Origin: a virus
Taxonomy: Duplodnaviria; Caudoviricetes
Virus record (IMG/VR): IMGVR_UViG_3300034066_000644
Span: 1-26,309 of that record
DNA length: 26,309 bases
Strand: one strand, 5' to 3'
Shown: in pieces, positions 9,701 through 18,294 of the stretch
Numbering within the stretch: position 1 is the first letter of the stretch
Layout of the letters: each line of letters begins with the position of its first letter
Notes under the pieces: generated by a model
Told to the model about the DNA's origin: nothing
What the model saw: the letters and a program-made list of their open reading frames with translations, nothing else
Database searches by the model: none
Translations under genes and position numbers: made by a program

Positions 9701-10153
9701 AAACGAAGTGTTTTGGGTGATGTCAATCCCTACAATACCTAAAAGACCAGTATCTAAAGATCCCGGTTTACCCCCTGTTAAGATTGTTTGTCTTAGAAAA
9801 TCGGCACCAGGAACCGTCTCATATCCAGGTTGATTTACTCCTTGACCTTTAATAGTGTTTTTACCCGTAATACTATCAGTCCAATCGTTTTCTAAAAAAG
9901 ATTTATCTCCAGGTTTTAAAAAATTTATAGTTGCCAATGATATTGTTTGTTGTCTGTCGCTTGGAGCGACTCCAATCGCCAATTTAGTTCTTGGGACTAA
10001 CTTACACTCCAAATTGGCATACATTACTAAGTTTTCTTGTTTTACAAGTCTTTCCTTAGCGTTACCATTTTCATCTACGATTTTGTTTGGGTCTACAACT
10101 ATAATGTTGTTATAATCATACTCCACTAATATATTCTCTCCATCACCTACCAT
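3710..10153 (-). CDS. Giant baseplate hub protein (gp27/P2 gpD/VgrG-like halves) with a large insertion and a C-terminal extension
   Basis: Hub-like N-terminal beta region (GIVGIDIT..FMPVITVRLTD..F.LTIKGYYG) and hub C-terminal signature (YSCSVSMMGNAMIQPTMYFNL...SGSYMILEVTHKISPGTFTTSFTGVR). It follows the LysM gene, as in contractile-tail synteny. Confidence 0.7.
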   Translation of the reverse strand: MVGDGENILVEYDYNNIIVVDPNKIVDENGNAKERLVKQENLVMYANLECKLVPRTKLAIGVAPSDRQQTISLATINFLKPGDKSFLENDWTDSITGKNTIKGQGVNQPGYETVPGADFLRQTILTGGKPGSLDTGLLGIVGIDITQNTSFMPVITVRLTDIKGRALFELGDNSPYAAFFNLPYPMFYLTIKGYYGKAIRLPLMLQSFNSSFDYSSQNFDITLKFYTYKYSVLSDLTMGALLATPHMFPSTISVTPKQGGSTQLTNSKNSVVERGYQKMKEIYSEYKSKGLISEDMPELTILELRNNIDNFVNNILDTFTKENLAPLNNLDSYSDTLNEYRKDVFLAVNGSWFSDFMDSENFYVLKNNGGEIYTFKDEDVSKNKTALSKLENEYIDKYNKKLNNNPVCGKNGQYSVGGKGPFPSSINCNVTLQQFIFDSVTENDIDFEQTILKRKKGKQKPTSAEIAEAESNFKLKNSLGGIETKNGKKYKIQWFRFESGTTGIEPNGNIKDSKSFILKPNTTFMEYTSELGRKLSEIRKEIETKLTDALSDILQSKNNGIGFNPTIRNVLSVIFANGEAFLRLLDDTHTNAWNLNSDLDATRERKKLVFNTSASDVNTDNPTPGYDKDTPIYPWPQVIVSNRDENGDEKYSLEYPGKFVLQSNYKTNVFTYWPEVEFVEEFITALTKRDEVKKNPEPIKNETLDITKASLNPIEFPINNEVFSNKEEIKYFFEIYERISLYSDYTKLSRSSNSVIETDLFATILSEFEYSNINNSLLNDSPFLLSKLKEYTFTSINYLEILRHFSNDGIGESWQNFLRGVFNTSYLKNLINNSQFSFINPDLLSSSICSPSVSVSKQDELSKYFNESTTSNEYDFSDTYPLTDLEWIKFKMADSKNIGTAKQAFNTTKVLNYDQDRKTITNFKDNTNTEKIRPITNFNWVGKVISPSLIDMDYPLLKDFYKNRNNEDQLPTEGNVIYSDYTDNLLYKQTTSVLNTPYFINSIQEGVSNFRNYEKYPFVSSAYYFINSLPVATLRERYKSYTPNGDLKPNIEELDYIMSSFKKFGAIHKVPYAWILKIGSVWHRYKKYNDTGVDILEKSWSGFSYVDNYDPETSNPEKIYSLSINGSQIDIVLQDNTFVGGEEFTLINVGFYPKLINDFNVFYQGFNIYSGFTSLDIQSGFTLGVNLNYVDNAIIDLPRSGTTGPGFDPTSQTRSLRIIPWSVTVDTLDDKFSFVFPSAGSLINQTKNECFDITKTPNSLKTEVINNESMYNGSVRNFWAAPNYGYFNTNKLETPYYSEYLKTINPDSNIQSNFDIKSRIGGSDYTSISDLFSTFNKDILDSFENEFLNFSKSIYDTGDGINTNTNDVVNNISNTITLDESKKKMLNFQSFMIDMMKISKVNGQTGTDYVSNVQITQTANIVERIKNFLNFDIVFKFGNPSNYSKRLFYTFSTFEISDPYVWDNYTILTPNALPATSNSVTFSQSFANYQEEWKALFLYVGFSEIVELTYKDSGSYITDFFIDNNIAFTVNNIKNLYPIIKIYATQKLSDPNLNPSKFTESMNEYILKNDRFLGRVLNNVFTNVRNKLPNVSVSTNVGTFSKLDGNQTKYEIYDTLKSLNDKWISGSDFKNKTLFEDVLLVDRASRNIGDKILVDIYKLKNRLTNINADSTMLSFIQSILVENNFVIMNLPSYINFYNVQDVTKNAIPKFEGTTEFANNLFGTFLNVDYRDSSSKMVCFYSNKPSEHLNLKNNVDYRYRNDGLDISKTNNALVETSTNKQDHALSNRVVGFNVDIGPQNQQIFNGFNVRQTAGKATTESLQILNEMANLRGNRAGSTQSTSLYNLYKNRSYSCSVSMMGNAMIQPTMYFNLRYVPMFSGSYMILEVTHKISPGTFTTSFTGVRQNASEVPPVDPLQVLKANLLQSIQDTFKTQKDKENTQSNTDTAEKDKIIKQETSKNSSTLSINQSCQPINKYSNFTKINPTIRKYNSKEIIEKINEILNVGNYPLKLKVTIFASIYINSYDTNNIFKAYDYNFASIGLNENWAQLGNNYFNSNYFCSYSETPMSSFNSLDALISMLRDHWKNTIGKVKNIDKTEITKFLIIYSGFKPNEDVYKKFSQEELSVIEDNLTQKAIDLFNAASQGISP

Positions 10154-10469
10154 AATATAAAAAATGATTGTCTAATTGATTGTTGTAATCTTGTAATGAA
10201 GTTATTAAAGGAAATGGAATAGTCAATACTGACCCGTCAGGAATATTCCATTCTCTACCTCCAAATTTTGGGTTGGCCATTAATATCAACCATCCGAATG
10301 TTGGTGTGTTATAATATTGTTGAGATATTATATCCAATCTACTTTGTCCCACCTTATAAATGTATTTCTTATCTGTGGTTTTAATCGGTAAATTAATATA
10401 TGGTACTACGGTTTGGTTTCCGTTTATAAGAAATTCATTATATCTCTGATATGATTGTCTTTTTGCCAT
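10143..10469 (-). CDS. LysM-like baseplate wedge protein (P2 gpX/T4 gp53-like)
   Basis: YKVGQSRLDIISQQYYNTPTFGWLILMANP...IPDGSVLTIP. It overlaps both neighbours (TAATG at 10469). Confidence 0.8.
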   Translation of the reverse strand: MAKRQSYQRYNEFLINGNQTVVPYINLPIKTTDKKYIYKVGQSRLDIISQQYYNTPTFGWLILMANPKFGGREWNIPDGSVLTIPFPLITSLQDYNNQLDNHFLYYGR

Positions 10470-13400
10470 TATGAATCTAATTTTGATTTTCCGTCAAATG
10501 TTGATGTATTGGTATTAGTATTTGTTGTCGAATATATTTCAGATATGTTAGCCTTCTGAGTTTCTTCTTTACTTATATCGGGTACCGTTGTATATGTGAA
10601 TTTCCTTACCTTACCTTTTGGATATAATAATGTTTCAATTCCTTCGGTATATTCTTTATATTCTTTTGTTTTTTTGAATTTATTATAGAACTTTTCTTCT
10701 TCTTTTATTTCGTTTTTATATTCGTCCGCAATGTCATTAACAATTTCTGTAAAGTTATTGACTAGTTTTGACGTTAATGATGATGAATTAGTTATAGTCT
10801 TAATAAAATCATTTTTTTTATTTTTATCTGTCAGAATTCTAGAGAAAACCATAAAGAATCTTCTATTTTGTTCACTATCATTAAAATCTTTAGGGTCAGA
10901 AATAATAAAAAAGTCGCCAGGATTTGGGCCGTAGGTATTAGTAACAATATCTTCTTGATATAAGAACGAATCAAAATCCCTTAAATAAAAATTAAAATTA
11001 CCATAGTCATATTTAAGTTCTTCCAATGTATTTGTTGGTACGATAGGTTGCGGAGTATTTTGTTTATTACTAACTTGGTCTGTTGGTGTTATATTATATA
11101 CCCTAATAATACCTCCATCAAGTATTTTACCATCAGTATTTGTTGTTATTAAATTAATTTTTTGAATCGACTTTATAAGTTCTAACTCAACAAAAACTAT
11201 TTCTTGTAAAATTGAATATATTCCACTATCAAACCCTAATTGTTTCGATAAATAACTAACTAAGTTACTTTTAACTATTCTCTTTTGATCATCAGTAAAT
11301 AATCCTTTACCAAATAACTCACTAGTTATTGGGTCTAGTTCATTATTTATATCTATCTCTATTTGTTTTAGTAGTGATATTATATTTTCACTTAATTTTT
11401 CTCTATTAACATTTCCGAAAATATTAGTTTTATCCGTATCAATAATAGTAGATGTTACCCCAGACGTAGTTCCTGACGTAAATAATCTTTCTTTAACCGT
11501 CAATTGTAAAATTCCGTAATTATAAGATAATAAAATTTTTTCTAACTGATTAACTACCGTTTCCGAATACTTCTTGGTCGTTGTTATTAGGTCATCCATA
11601 ATTTTTTGATAAGACGTTTCTCCTGTCTGACCGCCAGTAACAGGTATATTTGTTAAAATTTCACCTATTGTCGAACCTCCATCATTTTTTTGAAGATTTT
11701 CAACATTTTCAATTGTTGCGGGTTTCTCACTTTCGGCAATAGAATTGAATATCTCTTTATTTAGTTTTGTAACGTCCTCCGTCGCTACCGCTCTCTCATC
11801 ATAAATTTCGGTGTTAGCATAAAAATTAAATGATAACGCGTTTTGTAATTGCTCTACAGGTTTTGCTAATCCGTGCCCTCCTATCATATTGAACCCCATA
11901 CTAACACTAACAATCATTGGTTGTACACCAATACCTTCAGGGTTAAGGTCTAACGTTAGAGGGTCATATGTGAACGCCATACTTGTTGGAACAATTTTAG
12001 TGTGGTAAAAATCTCCGATTCTCAACACTAAAATTGGTGGGGTACCAAATGAAGTGTTTTGGGCGTTGTTATATACAGGTTTACCATCTTGTATAACAGG
12101 TATTGTTTCGCCAGGTCTTACGCATTGATTTAAAAAGGTAAGTCTAGCGTTTAATCCTTCAGGTGTCATTGAATGAAATGCCGGATTAAAGTATTTTATT
12201 TTTTGTTTTATTGAGTCATATATTGTTGGGTCAGATTCTTTAACGACCTCAAAATAATCACACTCAGTTAATAAATTTCTAAGTATTTTTTTACTAATAC
12301 CTTCTTTTATTTTCTCAACTACCGTTTTTGTTGATTTTGGTTTTGATGGTTGTATTGTTACGGTGTCAATATTAGCAACAGGATTCTCAACATTTTTTTT
12401 CTCCACCTTATCTTGTTTAGGAATAACACTAAGGTTAATCCTAACCTTTCTACAGGCCATAGCGTTAACCGCATATACCTGAGATTCTGGAGTAACTTTA
12501 TTTGGTTTTGATTGGGTGCTACCTGTTATGTCTTGTCTACAATCAACTTCATCGAAAACTAAAGTACCTGCCTTTGGGGTTACAAATGTTTCCTCTCCAA
12601 CAGATGAATCTACAACGTTTATCACTTTATCTTTAAAAAGTTGGTCTAACTTAATACCTCCAACATCTTTTTGTTGTAGGAATGTTTTAACGCTTTGGAC
12701 TCTTCTTTCTGATAATTTTTTATTGTAGTCTACAGAAGCAGTTGCGGAAGCCGATCCACTAAAAGTTATTGTTATTTTTTCTGCAACATTATCAGTAATA
12801 AGTTTATTTGTTGCGGTTATAAAGTTACCTAATCTACTATAATTCCATTCGATAACTTGATTAAAAAAATTACCAACTTCTTTTTGTTTTTTACAAAAAT
12901 CAGGGTTTTTGGAACAATAGGACGATGGTATTGCTTCATTAAAAGCACTCACACTATTAGATGTGTATTTATCTTTATTTCCACTATTAACGTACTTATT
13001 ATAAGTATCTTCATAATTTTCATCTCCACTTTTAGGGATGTCATTATCAAAATAAAACGTTAAATCACCAAATTCTTTAATATATTCGTCAATTGTTTTT
13101 TGGTTGTCGGTTAATTTAATTTCTTGTGTTACAACATCTATATTAGCTACTTGAATTTCTTTAGTAATTCCCTTTTTTTCCTCATCTGTTAATCTAGGAT
13201 TTTGTAAAAGTTCTTGGTAAGTAACCAATTCGCTACGTTTTAATGTATTAAATTTTAAACCTAATTTATAAATGTCATATTTAACACATCCGGCAAAAAA
13301 AGAATCCATTATTGAATTAGCCCTTTCCTTATTAACCCCTTTTAATTGTTTTTCAACAATTAAATTAGTTACAGACGGATTATCAACAATGATTTTGAAA

Positions 13401-15451
13401 TTTAATGTTCCAGATCTAGTGGTACTCTTATACGTATATATTGGTTCAGGTCTACCCATAAATTCTACCGGAGTAAAACTTGGCGTACTAGTGTCGTTAA
13501 ATTTAATATCATAGGGTGGAAACCACATAATTCTACCTCCATTAGGTCCTTTTTCACACGCAGGTAAATCATCATAAGTAAAACCAGGTTTACTAGATGT
13601 TCTCCAAGCTAAATTCTCAATAGAGAACATATACTTTTTAACTTTACCGTCAACAATATTGGTAGAATCACTACCTTTTATTGGTGCTATATTTAAATTA
13701 TATGTCTTGTCTAAAATTGAATTGGTAAATCTTCTACCTTCGGTAGTTATACCATCTGTTTTTTGTAAATCACCATAAGTATAATATGGTGTGTCTTTAG
13801 TAAAAACTCTACAATATTCAACTCCTTTTTCTGAACCATCGGTAAAATCTTTATAAGAAACTACTCTAGAACCCTTTGTTAATTCTTTATACCCATCATT
13901 AAAAACTTTAGAGACTTGATTTATAGCGGTGCCTACGTGTTTTAATTTAGCAATACCCGAAACATTATCTGCCGAGTCTATTAATCTTTGTGTGTTATCT
14001 AAAATAGAACCTCTTTTAAAAGTTATATTTGTAGATTGGTCTTTATTATATGATGAACTTATTTGATTAAATTCTTTATCTAACGAACCATTTCCTCCGC
14101 CTATTACCGCTTTAAATCCCGCATTACCTTTGTATTTTGGTGATGTCCAAACAAATTGTCCTCCAATACCCCCACCATCTATAGTAGGTTTACCGTCCAA
14201 TCCAAAATTTAATAAATTTCTATTACCTTCATATAAAATAGCCATTTCTGAAGGTCCGTAAACAGGTGTTTGTTCTTGTTGTCCGTAAGGGTTTACAGGA
14301 ACTTGATTTGTCGGTGAATTTAATGTTGAGGGTTCTGAATTTCTACTTCCAACATAATAACTACTATTTATTGTGTCATTAGCGGAGTCTATTAAACTAG
14401 CTCTAAACTCAACACTATTTGGGTTATTTAGTAAAGATGTAACATCATCTTTATATAATGGTTTATATCTATTATATTCAATTGTTGAAAACAATATTGA
14501 TTTTTGACCATTACCAGTATTCTCTAAAAATATTTCAGAGGGTTTAATTGTTTTTACGGGTATTGGACCAAAAGTACCACTCCTACCAAAAATATTACTA
14601 AGTACTTGATTCGCTTGGTCAATCGCTCCTGAAACTTGTAATGTTAACGGAACATTTAAATTAATTTCTTGAAAATAGTCCCCAGGTATTGGTGATGTTG
14701 GAGAATATACCCCTTCGATTCTAGATAATAATTTTTCATTATCTCTCTCCCTTTGCTCTGATGGTGAAGTTATTTTAAAATCATTATAATTAAATGATGT
14801 TGGTTTACCATTTATTAATAAATTAACACCCTTAATACCTTTAAATGTTTCGACCGAAATTCTATTCTCAAACGAACTTTTTAAAGTTTTTGCCCCCAAT
14901 CTAGCAATAAACGAATCCTCGGATAAAGGTCCGTCACTACCTGTTGGGTTTTGTTTTGTTAATATATCATATGGTGAATAAGAAGAGGGGTTAAATATTG
15001 GAGGATCCCAATACGGTAAAGAAATTTTTTCATTATTCTGTAAGTCATCAATAACAACTAAACTATTATAACCACCCTCAGGACCATATTTGTTGGTTAT
15101 AAAGGCTGCATCAATATAAAATTCGTTAATTATGTCTAACTGGGTATCATTAGGGTCGTATTCTCCTTTATTTGAATCTTTAGTTAAAGGTGGGTTATTA
15201 AAATTGATGTTTAATTTGTATCCACCAGTAGGTCCGTATTCGTTTAAAGGATATAAATCTCTTGAAAAAGTTCCGTTAGTTAACGTTTCTCCCGGTGAAT
15301 CAATAACATTATAATCGTTTATATTAGCAGTATATGTTGTCGATCCTCTAGGGGTAAATACTCCTGGTATTCTGTAAGGTTTTAAATTTCTACCTAAAAG
15401 GTTATTCCTAAATAATTGTGTTGACGCAAAAGATAAACTACTTTCAGACAT
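10469..15451 (-). CDS. Large baseplate/tail-tube initiator-like protein with an inserted OmpA-like (peptidoglycan-binding) domain
   Basis: Tube-initiator-like motifs (F.....EFMGRPEPIYTYKSTTRSGTLNF; PPILVLRIGDFY..IV..SMAFTY....P....VSMGFNMIG) flank an OmpA_C-like segment (FYFDND..., SGSAS....DYNKKLSERRVQSVKTFL, VGE, CRKVRI). It follows the tape measure gene. Confidence 0.7.
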   Translation of the reverse strand: MSESSLSFASTQLFRNNLLGRNLKPYRIPGVFTPRGSTTYTANINDYNVIDSPGETLTNGTFSRDLYPLNEYGPTGGYKLNINFNNPPLTKDSNKGEYDPNDTQLDIINEFYIDAAFITNKYGPEGGYNSLVVIDDLQNNEKISLPYWDPPIFNPSSYSPYDILTKQNPTGSDGPLSEDSFIARLGAKTLKSSFENRISVETFKGIKGVNLLINGKPTSFNYNDFKITSPSEQRERDNEKLLSRIEGVYSPTSPIPGDYFQEINLNVPLTLQVSGAIDQANQVLSNIFGRSGTFGPIPVKTIKPSEIFLENTGNGQKSILFSTIEYNRYKPLYKDDVTSLLNNPNSVEFRASLIDSANDTINSSYYVGSRNSEPSTLNSPTNQVPVNPYGQQEQTPVYGPSEMAILYEGNRNLLNFGLDGKPTIDGGGIGGQFVWTSPKYKGNAGFKAVIGGGNGSLDKEFNQISSSYNKDQSTNITFKRGSILDNTQRLIDSADNVSGIAKLKHVGTAINQVSKVFNDGYKELTKGSRVVSYKDFTDGSEKGVEYCRVFTKDTPYYTYGDLQKTDGITTEGRRFTNSILDKTYNLNIAPIKGSDSTNIVDGKVKKYMFSIENLAWRTSSKPGFTYDDLPACEKGPNGGRIMWFPPYDIKFNDTSTPSFTPVEFMGRPEPIYTYKSTTRSGTLNFKIIVDNPSVTNLIVEKQLKGVNKERANSIMDSFFAGCVKYDIYKLGLKFNTLKRSELVTYQELLQNPRLTDEEKKGITKEIQVANIDVVTQEIKLTDNQKTIDEYIKEFGDLTFYFDNDIPKSGDENYEDTYNKYVNSGNKDKYTSNSVSAFNEAIPSSYCSKNPDFCKKQKEVGNFFNQVIEWNYSRLGNFITATNKLITDNVAEKITITFSGSASATASVDYNKKLSERRVQSVKTFLQQKDVGGIKLDQLFKDKVINVVDSSVGEETFVTPKAGTLVFDEVDCRQDITGSTQSKPNKVTPESQVYAVNAMACRKVRINLSVIPKQDKVEKKNVENPVANIDTVTIQPSKPKSTKTVVEKIKEGISKKILRNLLTECDYFEVVKESDPTIYDSIKQKIKYFNPAFHSMTPEGLNARLTFLNQCVRPGETIPVIQDGKPVYNNAQNTSFGTPPILVLRIGDFYHTKIVPTSMAFTYDPLTLDLNPEGIGVQPMIVSVSMGFNMIGGHGLAKPVEQLQNALSFNFYANTEIYDERAVATEDVTKLNKEIFNSIAESEKPATIENVENLQKNDGGSTIGEILTNIPVTGGQTGETSYQKIMDDLITTTKKYSETVVNQLEKILLSYNYGILQLTVKERLFTSGTTSGVTSTIIDTDKTNIFGNVNREKLSENIISLLKQIEIDINNELDPITSELFGKGLFTDDQKRIVKSNLVSYLSKQLGFDSGIYSILQEIVFVELELIKSIQKINLITTNTDGKILDGGIIRVYNITPTDQVSNKQNTPQPIVPTNTLEELKYDYGNFNFYLRDFDSFLYQEDIVTNTYGPNPGDFFIISDPKDFNDSEQNRRFFMVFSRILTDKNKKNDFIKTITNSSSLTSKLVNNFTEIVNDIADEYKNEIKEEEKFYNKFKKTKEYKEYTEGIETLLYPKGKVRKFTYTTVPDISKEETQKANISEIYSTTNTNTNTSTFDGKSKLDS

Positions 15452-15464
15452 TTTATTGTTTTAA

Positions 15465-15472
15465 TATAAATA
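15465..15472 (-). promoter_or_regulatory. Putative late promoter motif TATTTATA
   Basis: Lies 13 nt upstream of ATG 15451, within a 21-bp block identical to 24911-24931. Confidence 0.65.
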
Positions 15473-15505
15473 GAATAAAATACAATTTTTATTATACGAA
15501 TTCAA

Positions 15506-17335
15506 CTACTTTTTAGTTAAACCGTAATTAGATTTATGGTCATCTATAAGTTGTTGTAGTTTTCTCATAAACTCACTATCCTCCAAAATTTTACTAAACT
15601 TAGTTTCATCGATACCATCTCCCGTAACATTAACTTCAACTTTAATCTCTCCATTTAAATTAGTGTTCTGAGTCTCAACTTTACCCGACTTATCAGTATT
15701 TTCCGCCGGTAATTCTGTATTTAAATTTTTAGGTTTAAAATCAGCAGAACCAGGTATTTCAAATCCTTTAGGTAATATATCTTTATATTTTTCTTTTACT
15801 TTATCTACTATTAACCTTAAAGTTTCGGAACCTTTAATTAATTTTCCAAATTCTTTACCTGTATTAGTGAAAGCTTCGGTTAAATTTGTTCTCATAATCT
15901 CTTCCAATTTTAACCCTTGTTCTCCGACTTTTTGGAAGGAGTCTTTTAATGTGGTTTTATCACTAAAATAGTCTTTCGCAATATTAATAATTTCCCCTCC
16001 AGTAGATTCTAAATTTTTAGTCATTTCACTAGTTTCTTTACCAAAAGGATTGAGGGACCGATATATTTCTGACGCCGATGAGACACCTGTTCTAACTACA
16101 TCTGTAGATGTTTTCCCTAATTCACTACCAGCGGCCGAATACCCAAAACCATCCCTTAAAGCTCTTAAATGACCTTCAGCAAGTTTATTGGTACTTAATT
16201 GTTCTTTCGCAAGGTCTTCAATAGTTTTTGGTTTTTGGTCTTCCATAAATTTATCTAGTAACTCTTTGTTTTTACTAAACTTATCCATAGCTTCATCAAT
16301 TCCAAGTTTTTCACCATTTAAATTAATTTCATATTTACCATCCTTACCCATTTGAGCCATATTGGCGATAAAATTTTTCTGGTCTTCATCAAATGCGTTA
16401 ACAGGAAATTTTATCTTATTCATTTTGTCTTGAATTTCAAAACTGGATATCGCCATTTTAGATAGTTGTCCTGCAGGATATCCTAACGCAGATTCAATTT
16501 CCATTAATTGTCGTTTGGCGCCAGGCATAATTTCAAAACGACCATCTTTACCCAACTGAACAAATTGTTTTGACATTTGGGATATTTGATTTTGTAGTTC
16601 CGTTGGGTCGTTTTGAGCCAAATCCATTAGTCTTAATGGGTCTAATAGATCAGATTGTGCAACACCTAGTCTTTGCATTGACGCCGCCATCTCAATAGCT
16701 TGTTCAGGGTCGAATAATTTTTTCGCTAAATTTAAAGTGTCTGACATTTGAACCCTTAAACTAACCGCCTGTGCAGCCATTTTAGCGAGTCCATCGACTC
16801 CGTTCGCAAAATTAAATTGGTTCATCGTACTTAAATTCGCCAACGCTTGTTCAGAAACTTTTTGACTACTAACTCCAAGTGCTCTTGAACTCTCAACCAC
16901 TTTATTCATTTGATCGGATATATGGGATGTTGAATACCCGATAGTTTTAAAAGAGTTCGTTAGTGTTCCAACTTGTTGTCCTGTAACTAAATACGTTTCA
17001 TATAGAGATTTTACCTCTTCCTTATTTTGTAATACGTTTTTACCTAAAGCTTCTGAAGTATCTTTTTGTATATCCACAATATCTTGTATGTTTCCACCCA
17101 ATAACGCTATATCGGTAAAAGAATTTGTTAAACTTTTTGATATTCCTTCTATGTTTGCTCTACCAACGCCGAACTTTGTTGCAATACTTGACGCTTTTTC
17201 ATCTATTTCCAACATTTTTTTTACAATACCATCAACATCTTTAAAGCTTTGTTCAAAGTTTTTTTGAAATTTACCTAAAGCGGCGTCAAAAACTTTACCT
17301 ATTTGGTCTAAGATATTTTTTTCTCCGTCAGCCAT
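15506..17335 (-). CDS. Tail tape measure protein
   Basis: Helical A/Q/M/S/K-rich 609-aa protein between the chaperone genes and the baseplate genes. Its size is similar to T4 gp29. Confidence 0.8.
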   Translation of the reverse strand: MADGEKNILDQIGKVFDAALGKFQKNFEQSFKDVDGIVKKMLEIDEKASSIATKFGVGRANIEGISKSLTNSFTDIALLGGNIQDIVDIQKDTSEALGKNVLQNKEEVKSLYETYLVTGQQVGTLTNSFKTIGYSTSHISDQMNKVVESSRALGVSSQKVSEQALANLSTMNQFNFANGVDGLAKMAAQAVSLRVQMSDTLNLAKKLFDPEQAIEMAASMQRLGVAQSDLLDPLRLMDLAQNDPTELQNQISQMSKQFVQLGKDGRFEIMPGAKRQLMEIESALGYPAGQLSKMAISSFEIQDKMNKIKFPVNAFDEDQKNFIANMAQMGKDGKYEINLNGEKLGIDEAMDKFSKNKELLDKFMEDQKPKTIEDLAKEQLSTNKLAEGHLRALRDGFGYSAAGSELGKTSTDVVRTGVSSASEIYRSLNPFGKETSEMTKNLESTGGEIINIAKDYFSDKTTLKDSFQKVGEQGLKLEEIMRTNLTEAFTNTGKEFGKLIKGSETLRLIVDKVKEKYKDILPKGFEIPGSADFKPKNLNTELPAENTDKSGKVETQNTNLNGEIKVEVNVTGDGIDETKFSKILEDSEFMRKLQQLIDDHKSNYGLTKK

Positions 17336-17348
17336 ATTCTTTTTACTT

Positions 17349-17356
17349 TATAAATA
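17349..17356 (-). promoter_or_regulatory. Putative late promoter motif TATTTATA
   Basis: Lies 13 nt upstream of the tape measure ATG at 17335. Confidence 0.65.
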
Positions 17357-17371
17357 TTCAAATAAGAATTT

Positions 17372-17525
17372 TTAAGTCTCAACTTCTATCAGTTTGTTTA
17401 TCACATATTTTCTAAAATACGTTGGCATGGACATAAACTCGGAATACTGAACTCCGAGTTTTTTAGATAAGAAAATAAATTCATTAATTATATATTCCCT
17501 ATAACTAGAAGAAAGGCCGAAAAAA
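17372..17525 (-). CDS. Tail assembly chaperone C-terminal extension (GT/gp51-like), probably reached by a frameshift from the upstream gene
   Basis: Reads ...EFIFLSKKLGVQYSEFMSMPTYFRKYVINKL, resembling chaperone 'T' segments. It overlaps the upstream gene end in the +1 frame. The ORF-track start is a TTG, and the only ATGs are near the C-terminus. Confidence 0.65.
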
Positions 17526-18263
17526 TTCAACCCCAAAGTTGATTTCAGTTTCAACTATTTCTCCTGAAGGGGCGATTACACTTTTTTTTAGGTCTAATGA
17601 GGGTAAATTATCTGACATAAACTTTCTAATATATTTTGAATCTAATATAGGCATTGTATCAACATATTTTGATATCATCTCTCTATCAGAACTACCATTA
17701 ATTTCTAAAATAAGTTTATTTAATCTCCAAGTAATTTTGGGCGCAACTCTATTTGGTGGATATGATGAAACCATTTTATCAATTTCCATTAATTCACCAT
17801 AGTTTAAAGGTTTTAATTTAATAACATCACCGCTTTTAGGTAATGTTGTTGTGAAAGTCCCATCGGAGTCGGGCGAATATTGAGTCTGTTTAATATTTAA
17901 TTCGTCTAATACAATAGTTGTTTCAAAACTTTTACCATTTGAGGGGTCAGATAAAGAAAAAGTATATTCAGGACCAAAAGATGTGTTTCTTAAATATATT
18001 AATATCGCTTCAATATCCGGTTCAAGTAACTCTTCAGGTCTAATATCGTGTTCATAAAGTTTACTTCTTAATAAATTTATCATAACACCATCTTTGTTAT
18101 TTTGTAAACCACTCAATAAAATATTTTCATCATTTGCTGTTAAATAACCAACCTTAACACTTTTCTTTTTGTTTTTATAGAAAATACCTCCAGTTGGGAG
18201 TGGTACAATGTCGTGAGGTAAATTAAAATCTTGAGTTGCGGCTTGTATAAATTGTGAATCCAT
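17505..18263 (-). CDS. Baseplate hub/tail assembly chaperone, T4 gp26-like
   Basis: VPLPTGGIFY, VGYLTANDENILL, LL..D..AILIYLRNTSFG..Y, a second repeat TLPKSG..IKLKPL, and a C-terminal FFRP. Confidence 0.8.
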   Translation of the reverse strand: MDSQFIQAATQDFNLPHDIVPLPTGGIFYKNKKKSVKVGYLTANDENILLSGLQNNKDGVMINLLRSKLYEHDIRPEELLEPDIEAILIYLRNTSFGPEYTFSLSDPSNGKSFETTIVLDELNIKQTQYSPDSDGTFTTTLPKSGDVIKLKPLNYGELMEIDKMVSSYPPNRVAPKITWRLNKLILEINGSSDREMISKYVDTMPILDSKYIRKFMSDNLPSLDLKKSVIAPSGEIVETEINFGVEFFRPFF

Positions 18264-18294
18264 AATTTTTTTTATTATAAAAATACATATATTT

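Noticed and set aside
7434-15314. + strand ORFs within the hub and 1660-aa genes (7434, 8271, 8820, 9855, 10731, 12516, 12857, 13272, 15132)
   Set aside because: Antisense shadows of long real genes, with L/S/F-rich composition and no motifs.
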